Positions 9,447 through 19,360 of a stretch of 64,000 bases of DNA are shown one piece after another. The notes under the pieces were generated by a model. It worked only from the letters and a program-made list of their open reading frames with translations, was not told where the DNA came from and made no database searches. How positions within the stretch are numbered: the first letter of the stretch is position 1; the number at the start of each line of letters is the position of its first letter. The position numbers were made by a program, and so were the translations under genes. The DNA comes from Thermodesulfobacteriota bacterium (lineage in GTDB: Bacteria; Desulfobacterota_D; UBA1144; Nemesobacterales; UBA2774), in contig OZ244197.1 of the NCBI GenBank assembly GCA_965216785.1, positions 2,272,001-2,336,000 on the forward strand. Direction: 5' to 3'.

Positions 9447-11033
9447 ATGCTGATAATAATCCAGGTCTTAGGCGGTATAGGTCTATTCCTCCTCGGTATG
9501 ATAGTGATGACCGACGGGCTCGGGAAGCTGGCAGGCACTACTATTCGCACAGTGCTCATGCGATTCACAAAGAGTCCGTCAACGGGCGCTCTCACAGGAG
9601 CTGTAAGTACGGCGATTTTACAGTCCTCAAGCGCCACCACGGTGGCGGCCGTAGGATTTGTAGCCGCGGAGCTCATAACCTACCCCGAGGCGCTAGGCAT
9701 AATATTCGGCGCCAACATCGGTACCACCTTCACTGGCTGGATGGTCGCTATACTGGGTTTTAAGCTAAGTCTCGGAAAGGTCTTCGTACCGCTCATCTTC
9801 GTAGGCGCTATACTCCGCCTGTTCGCAAAAGGGCGAATAGCCACCATCGGCTACACGATCGCCGGGTTCGGCCTCATTTTCGTCGCTATAGGGTTCATGC
9901 AGCAGTCCATGAGCGAGCTTCATGGTGTAGTGTCGTTTGATAACCTTCCATCAGACACGATATCCGGACGTCTCCTTCTTGTCGGTATCGGTGTGGTATT
10001 TACGATAATTACTCAGTCCTCAAGCGCCGGCGTAGTGGCTTCTCTCACAGCCCTGTACACCGGCCTGATCAATTTCAATCAGGCCGCGGCGCTGGTAATC
10101 GGCATGGACATAGGTACTACGATGACGGCGGTGCTCGCCACTATCGGCGGCTCAGCCGCTACCCGTAGGACCGGATTCTCTCACGTTATCTACAACCTCC
10201 TTACTGCTACCGGAGCGTTCATATTGATTACCCCCTATACGATGCTATGGAACTATGCCGCCCCCGGAGGTATTGCGGGCAACGCCGAGATCGCCCTTGT
10301 GGCTTTTCATACCTCTTTTAACTTCCTTGGAGTATTGATCGTACTGCCTTTTACGAACCAATTTGCCAGCTTCATGCAAAAGATTATCCCCGATAAAGTG
10401 TCATTGTATGTTAGACATCTGGACCCCGCTCTGCTAGAGAGCCCGGGGCTTGCGCTTAACACTGTTCAGGCGACCATAAAAATCCAGTCCGCCGCGCTTT
10501 TCCGTCATGTAAGCGCCATCCTCGGTGACGACAAAGAGGGCATAAGGGCCGATCTCGATGAGCTGCAGTCTGCGCTGAACGAGACGCACAGCTTTGTCGA
10601 CCGCATCAGCTTCAAGGCCGAGGAAGGAGCCAATTGGGAGCGTTTAGTACAGCTAATCCATACTCTTGACCACATGCAGAGGCTCCACGAAAGGTGTGAG
10701 GAAGACGAGGACAGGGCAATCACCGCCAGAGAGACCGAGGAGCTTAGAGAGGAATGCGAGCTGTTAATACAGAGCATCCGGGAGATACTGGCACTTATAG
10801 AAGAGGATAAATGGGTCCAGGCGGCTCAGCTAGCGAAGGGAACTTCTAAGAAAATTCACGCAAAGGTAAGACCTTATCGTGAGAGCGTTATGTCAAAAGT
10901 CGCGGAGGGGCAGATCGACGTTTACCGGGGCACAAATTATCTTGAAGCCGTAAGGTGGCTCCGCCGTGTGGGAAGACACGTCCAGAGGATATGCGAGCAC
11001 GTGGAAAAGGCGTATCTTGCCTCAGGGGAATAA
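9447..11033 (+). CDS. Na+/Pi cotransporter family protein
   Basis: Two QSSSA repeats, GANIGTT and GMDIGTT motifs, PhoU-like helical C-terminus. Confidence 0.9.
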   Translation: MLIIIQVLGGIGLFLLGMIVMTDGLGKLAGTTIRTVLMRFTKSPSTGALTGAVSTAILQSSSATTVAAVGFVAAELITYPEALGIIFGANIGTTFTGWMVAILGFKLSLGKVFVPLIFVGAILRLFAKGRIATIGYTIAGFGLIFVAIGFMQQSMSELHGVVSFDNLPSDTISGRLLLVGIGVVFTIITQSSSAGVVASLTALYTGLINFNQAAALVIGMDIGTTMTAVLATIGGSAATRRTGFSHVIYNLLTATGAFILITPYTMLWNYAAPGGIAGNAEIALVAFHTSFNFLGVLIVLPFTNQFASFMQKIIPDKVSLYVRHLDPALLESPGLALNTVQATIKIQSAALFRHVSAILGDDKEGIRADLDELQSALNETHSFVDRISFKAEEGANWERLVQLIHTLDHMQRLHERCEEDEDRAITARETEELREECELLIQSIREILALIEEDKWVQAAQLAKGTSKKIHAKVRPYRESVMSKVAEGQIDVYRGTNYLEAVRWLRRVGRHVQRICEHVEKAYLASGE

Positions 11034-11057
11034 GAAAAAATTATTTAGGAGGGTCAT

Positions 11058-11474
11058 ATGAATATATCGGCTTCATTGCCTGATTCTGACGGAATTAAAA
11101 ACGAGATCGCAAGAGACCTTCTTGCGCTCGGGGGACTGCCTTTTTATTTTCTCGTGATCGCCAGGACCACGGTGGGTAGCTACCCTGTATTTCTCTCCCG
11201 CATATTGATTGCCTTAGTTGTGATTTTTATATTGTCCAGAGTTGTTAAGAGCGCGAACCTCCATATTGCCAGAGCGCTAATTCTCGTAGTTTTCACCTCA
11301 ATGTTCTATGAAGCCCTGCCGTTTACCGTGTTCGCTTTTATCGTGTGGGGGGCCATGGTTTATTCTCTTACATATTTGAAAGTGAGCTGGAGACAAATAG
11401 CGCTTGGTATCGCGTTTGGAATAATTAGCTCAGTACTGGCCTATCTACTCACGCTATTCATTGTTCCGGGATAG
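11058..11474 (+). CDS. Hypothetical membrane protein
   Basis: SD AGGAGG; 4-5 hydrophobic helices. Confidence 0.7.
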   Translation: MNISASLPDSDGIKNEIARDLLALGGLPFYFLVIARTTVGSYPVFLSRILIALVVIFILSRVVKSANLHIARALILVVFTSMFYEALPFTVFAFIVWGAMVYSLTYLKVSWRQIALGIAFGIISSVLAYLLTLFIVPG

Positions 11475-11526
11475 GTATTCGGTATATTTACAGATTCTAC
11501 AGAAATTAAAATTGCGAGGTTAAGTT

Positions 11527-12441
11527 ATGAAAGTATTTGTTGCGGGTGCAACGGGCGCGATCGGTAAGCCGCTTGTTAAAATTCTTAAAGAGAGGGGCTT
11601 CCAAGTGTTCGGCATGACCCGTTCTGACGAGAAATCACAAGAACTCGAGTCTCTAGGGGCTGAGCCTGTCGTGGCAGACGCGTTTGATTTCGACGCGGTT
11701 AGCTCGGCAGTTCAGCGCATCATGCCCGACGTTGTAATCGAACAGCTGACTTCTCTTCCCAGGGAATATACCCCTGAGAATATGGAGGCAGCCGATTACT
11801 TAAACACAAGAGTCAGACTTGAGGGCGGCCTAAACCTGCAACGAGCGGCTGAAGCTGCAGGAGCTAAAATCTACATTCTTCAGTCAGTAGCGTTCTTCTA
11901 TGCCCACGGGGAAGGTCTAGCGGGAGAGGACACGCCGTTTGTCACAGACGCTACGCCTTTTATCACCCGGGCGGTAAGCTCTTTCAAAAAGATTGAAGAC
12001 AGGGTTCTGGGCTCACCCGATATCGACGGAATAGTGCTTCGCTACGGGTTCTTCTACGGTCCCGGCACATGGTATCACGATGACGGGAGTGTTTTCAATA
12101 TGGTGCGTTCAGGGGCTATGCCAGTAATCGGAGACGGGAGCGGCGTATGGTCTTTTATTCATGTTGACGATGCAGCACAAGCGAGTGTTTTAGCCATGGA
12201 GAAAGGTGAGCCTGGTGTATATAACATAACTGATGATTACCCCTCTCCGGTTAACGTATGGCTTCCCTCTTTAGCAGCGTCGCTCGGCGCTCCGGAGCCG
12301 CCTAGTTTGGATGAAGAGACTGTAGGCGATCCGGATTTTATCTACTACGGCACAAAGCTTAGGGGTGCCACTAACTTAAAGGCGAAAGTCGAGCTAGACT
12401 TCAGCCCGAGACCTCTTGAATGGCTTAAGGAACGGGGATAA
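11527..12441 (+). CDS. NAD(P)-dependent epimerase/dehydratase family protein
   Basis: VAGATGAIG Rossmann motif, LRYGFFYGPG, FIHVDDAA. Confidence 0.88.
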   Translation: MKVFVAGATGAIGKPLVKILKERGFQVFGMTRSDEKSQELESLGAEPVVADAFDFDAVSSAVQRIMPDVVIEQLTSLPREYTPENMEAADYLNTRVRLEGGLNLQRAAEAAGAKIYILQSVAFFYAHGEGLAGEDTPFVTDATPFITRAVSSFKKIEDRVLGSPDIDGIVLRYGFFYGPGTWYHDDGSVFNMVRSGAMPVIGDGSGVWSFIHVDDAAQASVLAMEKGEPGVYNITDDYPSPVNVWLPSLAASLGAPEPPSLDEETVGDPDFIYYGTKLRGATNLKAKVELDFSPRPLEWLKERG

Positions 12442-12454
12442 ATGTCTTCATATG

Positions 12455-13264
12455 TTATTTTGGTTTAACAGCTCTAGTAACAATCGTCGTTGTCGAGTAC
12501 TTATTCAGGGGCGTGGCCTCATCCGTCCAGTCGTCCTCTAATAAGGCGGTGATGGAAAAACCTGCCTCGGTCTGCCCGCCGATCTGATCCTCGAGAGTGT
12601 GCCCGAATATCACAGGCACGTTGTCATCCAAAATATCCCGCAGCTTTTCCTTGCCGATACTTTCAAGGTCTGAGTATGGAAGCTTATACTCAACCGTAAG
12701 CTCGCCTTCTTCATCCGCCTTCTTGTGGTCGAACAGAAAAAACGAAGGGTTTATGAACGCTGCCCACAGCTCGCCTCCGGGCTTTAGTATCCTGTAACAT
12801 CCCTTCCAGACAGCTCTAACGTCAGGGACGAAAATATTCGAGACGGCGTTTAGAATCAAATCAAAAGTGCCCTCTTTAAACTCTGAGAGATCATCAATGC
12901 TGCCCTTGACTGCCGCAAGCTTGAGCCCGTCTCTGTTACCGACGTAGAGGTCCTTTTGAAGCTGCTCCTCAGATATATCAAAACTTATGACATTTGCGCC
13001 CGCGGCGGCGAGTATGGGGGCCTGCTGTCCGCCGCCCGAACCCAGGCAGAGCACCTCTTTGCCTGAGATATTCTCAAGCCATGAAGAAGGCAGATACCTA
13101 TTGGGCGTAAGCTTGAGCAATATTTCGCCCTTCTTAGCCTTCTCTATAACGTCCTTCCCTACGGGCGTGCACCACTCGCTGCCCTCGACGGATTCCTCGT
13201 CCCAGGCCCGGCTGTTATGCGTGTTTAAGTCAAATTCATTCATTGGTCTAAAGTATTCCCGCAA
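12455..13264 (-). CDS. Class I SAM-dependent methyltransferase
   Basis: VLCLGSGGGQQ motif I, ILKPGG; true start may be ATG 13243. Confidence 0.85.
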   Translation of the reverse strand: MREYFRPMNEFDLNTHNSRAWDEESVEGSEWCTPVGKDVIEKAKKGEILLKLTPNRYLPSSWLENISGKEVLCLGSGGGQQAPILAAAGANVISFDISEEQLQKDLYVGNRDGLKLAAVKGSIDDLSEFKEGTFDLILNAVSNIFVPDVRAVWKGCYRILKPGGELWAAFINPSFFLFDHKKADEEGELTVEYKLPYSDLESIGKEKLRDILDDNVPVIFGHTLEDQIGGQTEAGFSITALLEDDWTDEATPLNKYSTTTIVTRAVKPK

Positions 13265-13445
13265 TCTGGTTAGTAAACCTATTATACTTGAACATCTGGT
13301 ATAACCCTTTGCGCGTTTTCATATGACACCGGGTCCCTATTTTTTTCACATCCTCTCTAATGCTCATTGATATACAATAATGTTAAATGCTATGTTATAG
13401 TGAGATTAGATGGTTATATCTAAATTAGCACGGTAGGGAGGGAAT

Positions 13446-15062
13446 ATGAAAGCTTTAAATACACTATCGGTTTTATCCTTATTTCTGATTGTATCATTTG
13501 CAAGTGTTACAGGGGTTTATTCACAGGAAGAAAGATCTCTTGGTAAAGTAGAATTCTCGAATTCCTGTAGCAAGGAAGTACAGCAGGATATCAATACCGG
13601 TGTTATGCTTCTTCACCACATGATGTACGCGCAGTCCAGAGCGGAATTCGAAAAAGTCATTTCAAAAGACCCCAATTGCGCAATGGCCTATTGGGGAGTG
13701 GCGATGACGCACTTTCACCCACTTTGGGCGCCACCGAGTAAAGAAGAGCTTGCCGAGGGTCAAAAGGCTCTTGAAAAAGCAAAGGAATTAAAACCCGGCA
13801 CCGACAGGGAAAACGGCTACGTTGAAGCGGCCTGGGCATTCTACGATGGCTGGCCCGATAAAGATCACGCGGCGCGTATAGCTGCTTGGAGTTCTAGCCA
13901 GAAACAGCTTTCCGAGTCAAATCCTGATGACGTTGATGCAAAGACGTTCTATGCTCTTTCGCTACTGGCCACAGCGCCCAAGAAAGATAAGACGTTCTCC
14001 AATCAAAGGGAAGCGGGTCTTATTCTGGAAGAGCTTCTTAAGAATAACCCCGAGCATCCGGGTCTCTTTCACTACACCATACACGCGTACGACAACCCCG
14101 TGCTCGCTGAGCGGGCGGTACCAGTAGCGAGGGGATACGACAAGCTCGCTCCCGAAGTGCCCCACGCTCTTCACATGCCCTCACACATTTTCGTAAGACT
14201 AGGCATATGGGACGACACCGTGGACTGGAACATACGCTCCGCCAAGGCAGCAAAGGAGCAGTCGCAGGAAGTGATGTCTCTTCACTATCTTCATGCCATT
14301 GACTACCTGATCTACGCCTACATGCAAAAAGGACAATACCAAAAAGTTGTAGAGCTCATTGAAAAAGTGAACAGTATTCCCGACTATCAGGACAGTTTTA
14401 TCTCGGCCTATGCCTTGGCTGCAGTACAACCCCGCTACCAGCTCGAGAGAAAGAACTGGAAGGAAGCGGCCAAGGTGTCTGAGCGTCCTAACAGCAATTT
14501 CCAGTGGGATAAATATCCTCAGTACGAGGCCATAATCTACTACAGCCGGGGTCTCGGAGCCGCAGTGTCGGGCGACGCCGAGTCGGCAAAGACCTCCAAA
14601 GCAAAGCTCGATCAGCTCTACGAGGGTACAGTTGCCAATAATGAAGAGTACTGGAGCACAGTAGTTGACGCCCAAAGACAGACTGTCGCGGCCTGGATAA
14701 CCTACGCTGAAGGGGATAAAGCCGAAGCCCTCAATATGATGAGCGCGGCCGCCGATCTCGAGGACTCGGTAGACAAACACCCCGTAACCCCAGGCGCCGT
14801 CATGCCGGCACGTGAAATGTACGGCGAGATGCTGATCATGTCAGAGCAGCCCGAAGAGGCGCTTAAAGCCTATGAAGCGAGCCTTAAAATATCTCCTAAC
14901 CGCTTCAATAGTCTTTACGGCGCGGGCTACGCGGCGGAGCTCTCGGGCGACAAAGAAAAAGCCGTGAAATATTATTCCGAGCTCGTTAACCTCACGTCTC
15001 AGGCAGATACAGAAAGGCCAGAGGTAAAACACGCCAAGGAATATTCGGCGAATGGAAAATAA
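13446..15062 (+). CDS. Exported TPR protein
   Basis: Signal peptide; DPNCAMAYWG, HYTIHAYD, HALHMPSHIF conserved His-rich TPR motifs. Confidence 0.8.
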   Translation: MKALNTLSVLSLFLIVSFASVTGVYSQEERSLGKVEFSNSCSKEVQQDINTGVMLLHHMMYAQSRAEFEKVISKDPNCAMAYWGVAMTHFHPLWAPPSKEELAEGQKALEKAKELKPGTDRENGYVEAAWAFYDGWPDKDHAARIAAWSSSQKQLSESNPDDVDAKTFYALSLLATAPKKDKTFSNQREAGLILEELLKNNPEHPGLFHYTIHAYDNPVLAERAVPVARGYDKLAPEVPHALHMPSHIFVRLGIWDDTVDWNIRSAKAAKEQSQEVMSLHYLHAIDYLIYAYMQKGQYQKVVELIEKVNSIPDYQDSFISAYALAAVQPRYQLERKNWKEAAKVSERPNSNFQWDKYPQYEAIIYYSRGLGAAVSGDAESAKTSKAKLDQLYEGTVANNEEYWSTVVDAQRQTVAAWITYAEGDKAEALNMMSAAADLEDSVDKHPVTPGAVMPAREMYGEMLIMSEQPEEALKAYEASLKISPNRFNSLYGAGYAAELSGDKEKAVKYYSELVNLTSQADTERPEVKHAKEYSANGK

Positions 15063-15149
15063 ATAACGCTTTAAAGTGTAGTAAATGGGATAAAGCTTAG
15101 TAATACGGAATACGCGGCAATCTGAAGGCGGACTTACAAAACCGGAAGT

Positions 15150-15485
15150 CTACCCAAGCCCCTGTAGTCCTGCGTCTCGGTCAGAGTACACGTCAACAAT
15201 CGTATCAAAACCGCTTACCGCGAATATCTCGGCGACGCTGTTGTGAAGGCCGCATATTCCAAGCTTGCCGCCGCTCTCTTTCTGCTTCTTAGCTATTATC
15301 AATATAGCCCTAAGCCCGGCGCTGCTTGCGTAGGATATCTTTGAGAAATCTAGCAGGATAGAGTTTTCACCCGCGTCAATATTCTCAACGACACTGTCCT
15401 GAAACTCTTTCTCAGTCTGAGCGTCCAGACTGCCTTCGGGGGTAATCACCCTGGTTTCGCCAATTTTAGTTTGTTCGATATTCAT
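15150..15485 (-). CDS. STAS-domain anti-sigma factor antagonist
   Basis: GSLDA, LLDFSKISYASSAGLRAI phospho-Ser motif. Confidence 0.9.
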   Translation of the reverse strand: MNIEQTKIGETRVITPEGSLDAQTEKEFQDSVVENIDAGENSILLDFSKISYASSAGLRAILIIAKKQKESGGKLGICGLHNSVAEIFAVSGFDTIVDVYSDRDAGLQGLG

Positions 15486-15501
15486 TTTAGCTCCTGATTA
15501 C

Positions 15502-16155
15502 TTAGTAAGGGTGCAGCACGTACGCGTCGGCCTTTATCTCTCTCAGCCTCTTCAGCACATGCGATACGGACTGTCCTATGAGGTCGAGTTTGCTTATCTG
15601 CTCTATGCGCGGCGCGAGTTTCTTCGCCTGGTACTCTCCCACTATCTGAGGAAACAAGTCAAATGTATCGGCCAGGCTCACTAGCACCACGTCGTGAGGG
15701 CTTGGGATGTCGTCTGTGTTTAGTAGGTCTGTAATCCTCCTGCGTACTTCCTTTTCCTGCGTGTCGTCCACTGTCGGGTAGCGGCGCACTCCGATTACCC
15801 ATAGTATCTTCTTTTCCTCGACTCTCAGAATGCCCCTACTCACCAGGCTCTCGAGCGCTTTATCTCTTATCTCGGCCCCGCTCTTGGCTATTTCGGATAC
15901 CCAGTAAAAGGTGTTCTTCTCCTCCTCAGAATCCGCAATCGCGCTCAGGAATTCGTCTAGTATAACCTCACCGGTCGGGGTCGCGTCAACAACTTCCAGC
16001 TTCTCAAGGTCCGTATCAATCTTAGAGCGCAGCGCAAGGTCCATAAGCACTGCTCCCGCAAGCGCGTACTTAAACTCTTCGTAATACATGTTCTCGAATT
16101 TCCCGGTCTCATCGTCCAGAAAAAGAAGCATTATCTCTTCAGCGAATGTAAGCAA
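15502..16155 (-). CDS. GPP34/GOLPH3 family protein
   Basis: LTFAEEIMLL, LAGAVLMDLAL, LVSRGIL...RRYP signature; TTG start. Confidence 0.85.
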   Translation of the reverse strand: MLTFAEEIMLLFLDDETGKFENMYYEEFKYALAGAVLMDLALRSKIDTDLEKLEVVDATPTGEVILDEFLSAIADSEEEKNTFYWVSEIAKSGAEIRDKALESLVSRGILRVEEKKILWVIGVRRYPTVDDTQEKEVRRRITDLLNTDDIPSPHDVVLVSLADTFDLFPQIVGEYQAKKLAPRIEQISKLDLIGQSVSHVLKRLREIKADAYVLHPY

Positions 16156-16281
16156 TAATCAACCCCCGGAATGTTATAAAAACTATAATATCACGGAATA
16201 ACTCTGTGTGCCATATCAAATAAAACCTCTTAAGAAATTACCCTTTGCTAAATATAATCCCGGATCAGCGTAAATCTCATT

Positions 16282-17544
16282 TTAAGCTTGCTTTTTCCTC
16301 CTGAACCTCACTAGCAGAATCAAACCAAACACTACAGCGGCAATTAAAATCAGCTTGTTAAGCAAGTCGGGTGAAATTCCGCTTATATCCTTCCCGGCGC
16401 AGCTCGCAAGGTAAATCTCACTATTTCCCTCGGCACTCGCCTCTGACGTAAAAACAATTCTCGCCCCGTCAGCGTTTATGTCGGCGCTCGTATTGGTTTC
16501 ACTCTTACTATCTGTAATCTGTACAAATTCATCACTTGCGATGTCATAAAGAAATATTTCTATATTCCCCTCCGGGTTATTAGAGCTAAAATCCCCGGAT
16601 GACTGAAATGCGATAAGCGTACCGTCGCCGTTAATCGACGCTCCGGCGCTCCCGGCTCCGGGCTCTTTAGTTATCTGGGCCAGCTTCCTGTCCGTTGTGT
16701 CATACAGGTAGATATTAAAAACCCCGTGCTGGTTCTGGTTGTTAAGGTTCGCATCGGACTGAAATGCCGTGAACCTGCCCTCAGAGCTTATGGAAGGGGA
16801 CAGACTGCCGAGTTCTGCTCCGCTTAGAGTGATTGGTGTCACGGCTGTGCTCACAACATCAAAGAGATATATCTCAGAGTTTTTCCCGGCGTCAGGCCCG
16901 CTTATGTTCGGATTTGACTGATACACTACAAATTTCCCCGATCCGCTGATTTTTGGATGATCACTCCATCCCTCAGTCTCATCAGATATCTTCGTAGTCG
17001 TTGCGCTAAGGCTATCGTAAATAAATATATTTGCGGCCCCGGTGTTTGGGCCCATGTTCGAAGTAAATACGATCTGGCTCCCGTCAGAATTGACCGAAGG
17101 CTCAAAACTGTTCCCCTCAGTTGTCACCTGTGAATACTCGCCGCTATCAATGTCATATAAATATATTAAGTTCAGCCCATCCGGGTTATTCCCTTTAATA
17201 TCGGCTCCCGACACGAAGGCCACCTTTGTGCCGTCCCCGCTTATCGAAGGCGCTACGCTCCCCAGGTTTTCATCATCCGTTATCTGAGAAAATTTTCCTG
17301 TCAAAGTATCGTAAATAAATATCTGATACGTGCCGCCCGGGTTTACTTCGGTAATTTCAGTCTGAGATTCAAAAGCGATAAAACGTCCGTCCGCGCTGAT
17401 TGAAGGGCTCTCGCTGTCGCCCGTAAATCCCTCTGTTATATTCTCGATCTTATAGTCAGAACAGGGCAATTCGGCAAATGCGGATGAGCCAAGAATCACG
17501 AGGGCGACAACAATAGATATCACCCTTATCGCGGTACTATGCAT
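16282..17544 (-). CDS. TolB-like (PD40) beta-propeller surface protein with C-terminal anchor
   Basis: Repeated SPSISADG...IAF.S...IFIYD blades; signal peptide; C-terminal TM + RFRRKK. Confidence 0.85.
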   Translation of the reverse strand: MHSTAIRVISIVVALVILGSSAFAELPCSDYKIENITEGFTGDSESPSISADGRFIAFESQTEITEVNPGGTYQIFIYDTLTGKFSQITDDENLGSVAPSISGDGTKVAFVSGADIKGNNPDGLNLIYLYDIDSGEYSQVTTEGNSFEPSVNSDGSQIVFTSNMGPNTGAANIFIYDSLSATTTKISDETEGWSDHPKISGSGKFVVYQSNPNISGPDAGKNSEIYLFDVVSTAVTPITLSGAELGSLSPSISSEGRFTAFQSDANLNNQNQHGVFNIYLYDTTDRKLAQITKEPGAGSAGASINGDGTLIAFQSSGDFSSNNPEGNIEIFLYDIASDEFVQITDSKSETNTSADINADGARIVFTSEASAEGNSEIYLASCAGKDISGISPDLLNKLILIAAVVFGLILLVRFRRKKQA

Positions 17545-17590
17545 AGACCCCTATTCTAACCAAGGTTCTGTAAAGTTGGTAGTTCTAATA

Positions 17591-17621
17591 CCCCCTTTTG
17601 CAAAGGGGGGCAGGGGGGATT
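17591..17621 (+). repeat. CCCCCTTT-AAAGGGGG palindromic REP-like element
   Basis: CCCCCTTTTGCAAAGGGGGGCAGGGGGGATT; single copy in window. Confidence 0.5.
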
Positions 17622-17685
17622 AGTTATTTATTGCCTTTTTCGTTCACATTAATTCGTGGTTCAGTATCATCTGCTTGCCCCCAGT

Positions 17686-18099
17686 TCAGGCCCATCTTGA
17701 GTGTTTCGGTACATCGTCATTTATCTCATAATAATCAGATGCGTCCTCAACAAATATATGATTTGCGGTCTTGAGCCCCGTAGGCATATCCAAAGTTCCG
17801 GCGGAAATCCCGATGTGCTCGCTGGAAGTTCGTTCCCAGAAGATACTGCCGCCGCAATTCCCGCAAAAACCTCTTCTTATACCCTCCGATGAGGAATACC
17901 ATTTTAGTTCTTTTTCTGTAACTATTTTAAGGTCTTGTTTCTTAGCGAGTGTATATGCTGCGATATTGCCGTGCGTGCGTCTGCACATGCTGCAGTGGCA
18001 ATTATTTACGTCTCTGAGAGGGCCATAGATTTCATACTTTACGCCGCCGCAAAGACAGCTACCTGATGCAGTTAATTTTATGTCTGTCATAATTTTCAT
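17686..18099 (-). CDS. GFA family Zn-binding protein
   Basis: GSCLCG, CHCSMCR, FCGNCG motifs. Confidence 0.9.
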   Translation of the reverse strand: MKIMTDIKLTASGSCLCGGVKYEIYGPLRDVNNCHCSMCRRTHGNIAAYTLAKKQDLKIVTEKELKWYSSSEGIRRGFCGNCGGSIFWERTSSEHIGISAGTLDMPTGLKTANHIFVEDASDYYEINDDVPKHSRWA

Positions 18100-18204
18100 A
18101 TTCTCCCTTAAATTAAATTGTAGCTTCGGTCTTTATATATCCGGGACTGATTATTATAAATAAATTGACCCCCTCTATAATATAGGGTTATATAAATATT
18201 TCTA

Positions 18205-19293
18205 ATGAGACCTACTTGGGCCGAGATAGATTTAGGCGCGCTAAAGCACAATTTTATGCTAGTTAAGGAGCTTGTCGGCGCTGGTGTAGCCATACTTTCC
18301 GTAGTAAAGGCAGACGGTTACGGCCACGGTGCGGTAGAGGTAAGCAAAACTCTGGTTGAGGTGGGAACGGACATGCTGGGCGTTGCCACCGTCGAAGAAG
18401 CTATGGAGCTAAGGGACTACGGCATAGACGTCCCGATCATGCTCCTTGGCGGCATCAGGCCCGAAGAGGCTTTGCTCACTGTCCAGAACAACATGGTTCC
18501 CTGCCTCTTTTCCCTCGATGTCGCCCGCGCTCTCGATAAAGCCGCTTCTTCCATCGGCACGACAGCGCCCTATCATCTGAAGATCGACACCGGTATGACA
18601 AGGCTTGGCGTAAGGCCCGAAGAGCTTAACAGCTTTCTTCAAGGTTTAGCTGAGCTAAAGAATATAGAAATGGACGGGGTGCTCACCCACCTTGCCTCCG
18701 CATTTACTGAATCGACAGACTACACTGAAGCGCAGCTTAGCTGCTTCTCGCAGCACTCAGAGAAAGTGCGGGCACACGGCCACAGCCCAAGGTTCATACA
18801 TTCTGCAAACAGCGTATCTATAAAAAGGTTCCCGCACTCCCATATGGACCTTGTGCGCCCGGGAATAATGCTCTATACCCCGGCAGTTGACGGAGGGCTC
18901 GATCTAAAGCCCGTGATGAAGCTAAAATCCCGCATCATACAGCTAAATCAAGTACCAGCGGGCACTCCTGTAAGCTACGGGGGCACTTTCGTGACAAAAC
19001 GCCCGTCGGTTATAGCCACTTTGCCCATTGGCTATGCTGACGGATATTTAAGAATTCTCTCAAATCGGGCGCGCGTTTCACTTCACGGTAAAACCGCTCC
19101 CGTAACGGGCACTGTCTGCATGGATTTGACGATGATAGACGTAACAGATATCCCCGAGGCAAGTGTTGGAGACGACGTAACGATTTTCGGCGACGATCTG
19201 GTATCGGTCCAGCAGGTGGCTCAGTGGGCGGGCACCATTTCCTACGAAATACTTTCCATTACCGGGAAACGGGTTCAGAGGATATACTTCTGA
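18205..19293 (+). CDS. alr: Alanine racemase
   Basis: VVKADGYGHG PLP-Lys motif, KIDTGMTRLG, GTVCMD. Confidence 0.95.
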   Translation: MRPTWAEIDLGALKHNFMLVKELVGAGVAILSVVKADGYGHGAVEVSKTLVEVGTDMLGVATVEEAMELRDYGIDVPIMLLGGIRPEEALLTVQNNMVPCLFSLDVARALDKAASSIGTTAPYHLKIDTGMTRLGVRPEELNSFLQGLAELKNIEMDGVLTHLASAFTESTDYTEAQLSCFSQHSEKVRAHGHSPRFIHSANSVSIKRFPHSHMDLVRPGIMLYTPAVDGGLDLKPVMKLKSRIIQLNQVPAGTPVSYGGTFVTKRPSVIATLPIGYADGYLRILSNRARVSLHGKTAPVTGTVCMDLTMIDVTDIPEASVGDDVTIFGDDLVSVQQVAQWAGTISYEILSITGKRVQRIYF

Positions 19294-19360
19294 TATAATC
19301 TTGATAATCCGATGTCAATATTCAATAGATATTACGGCTATTTAAGTTAAGGTTAATGAG

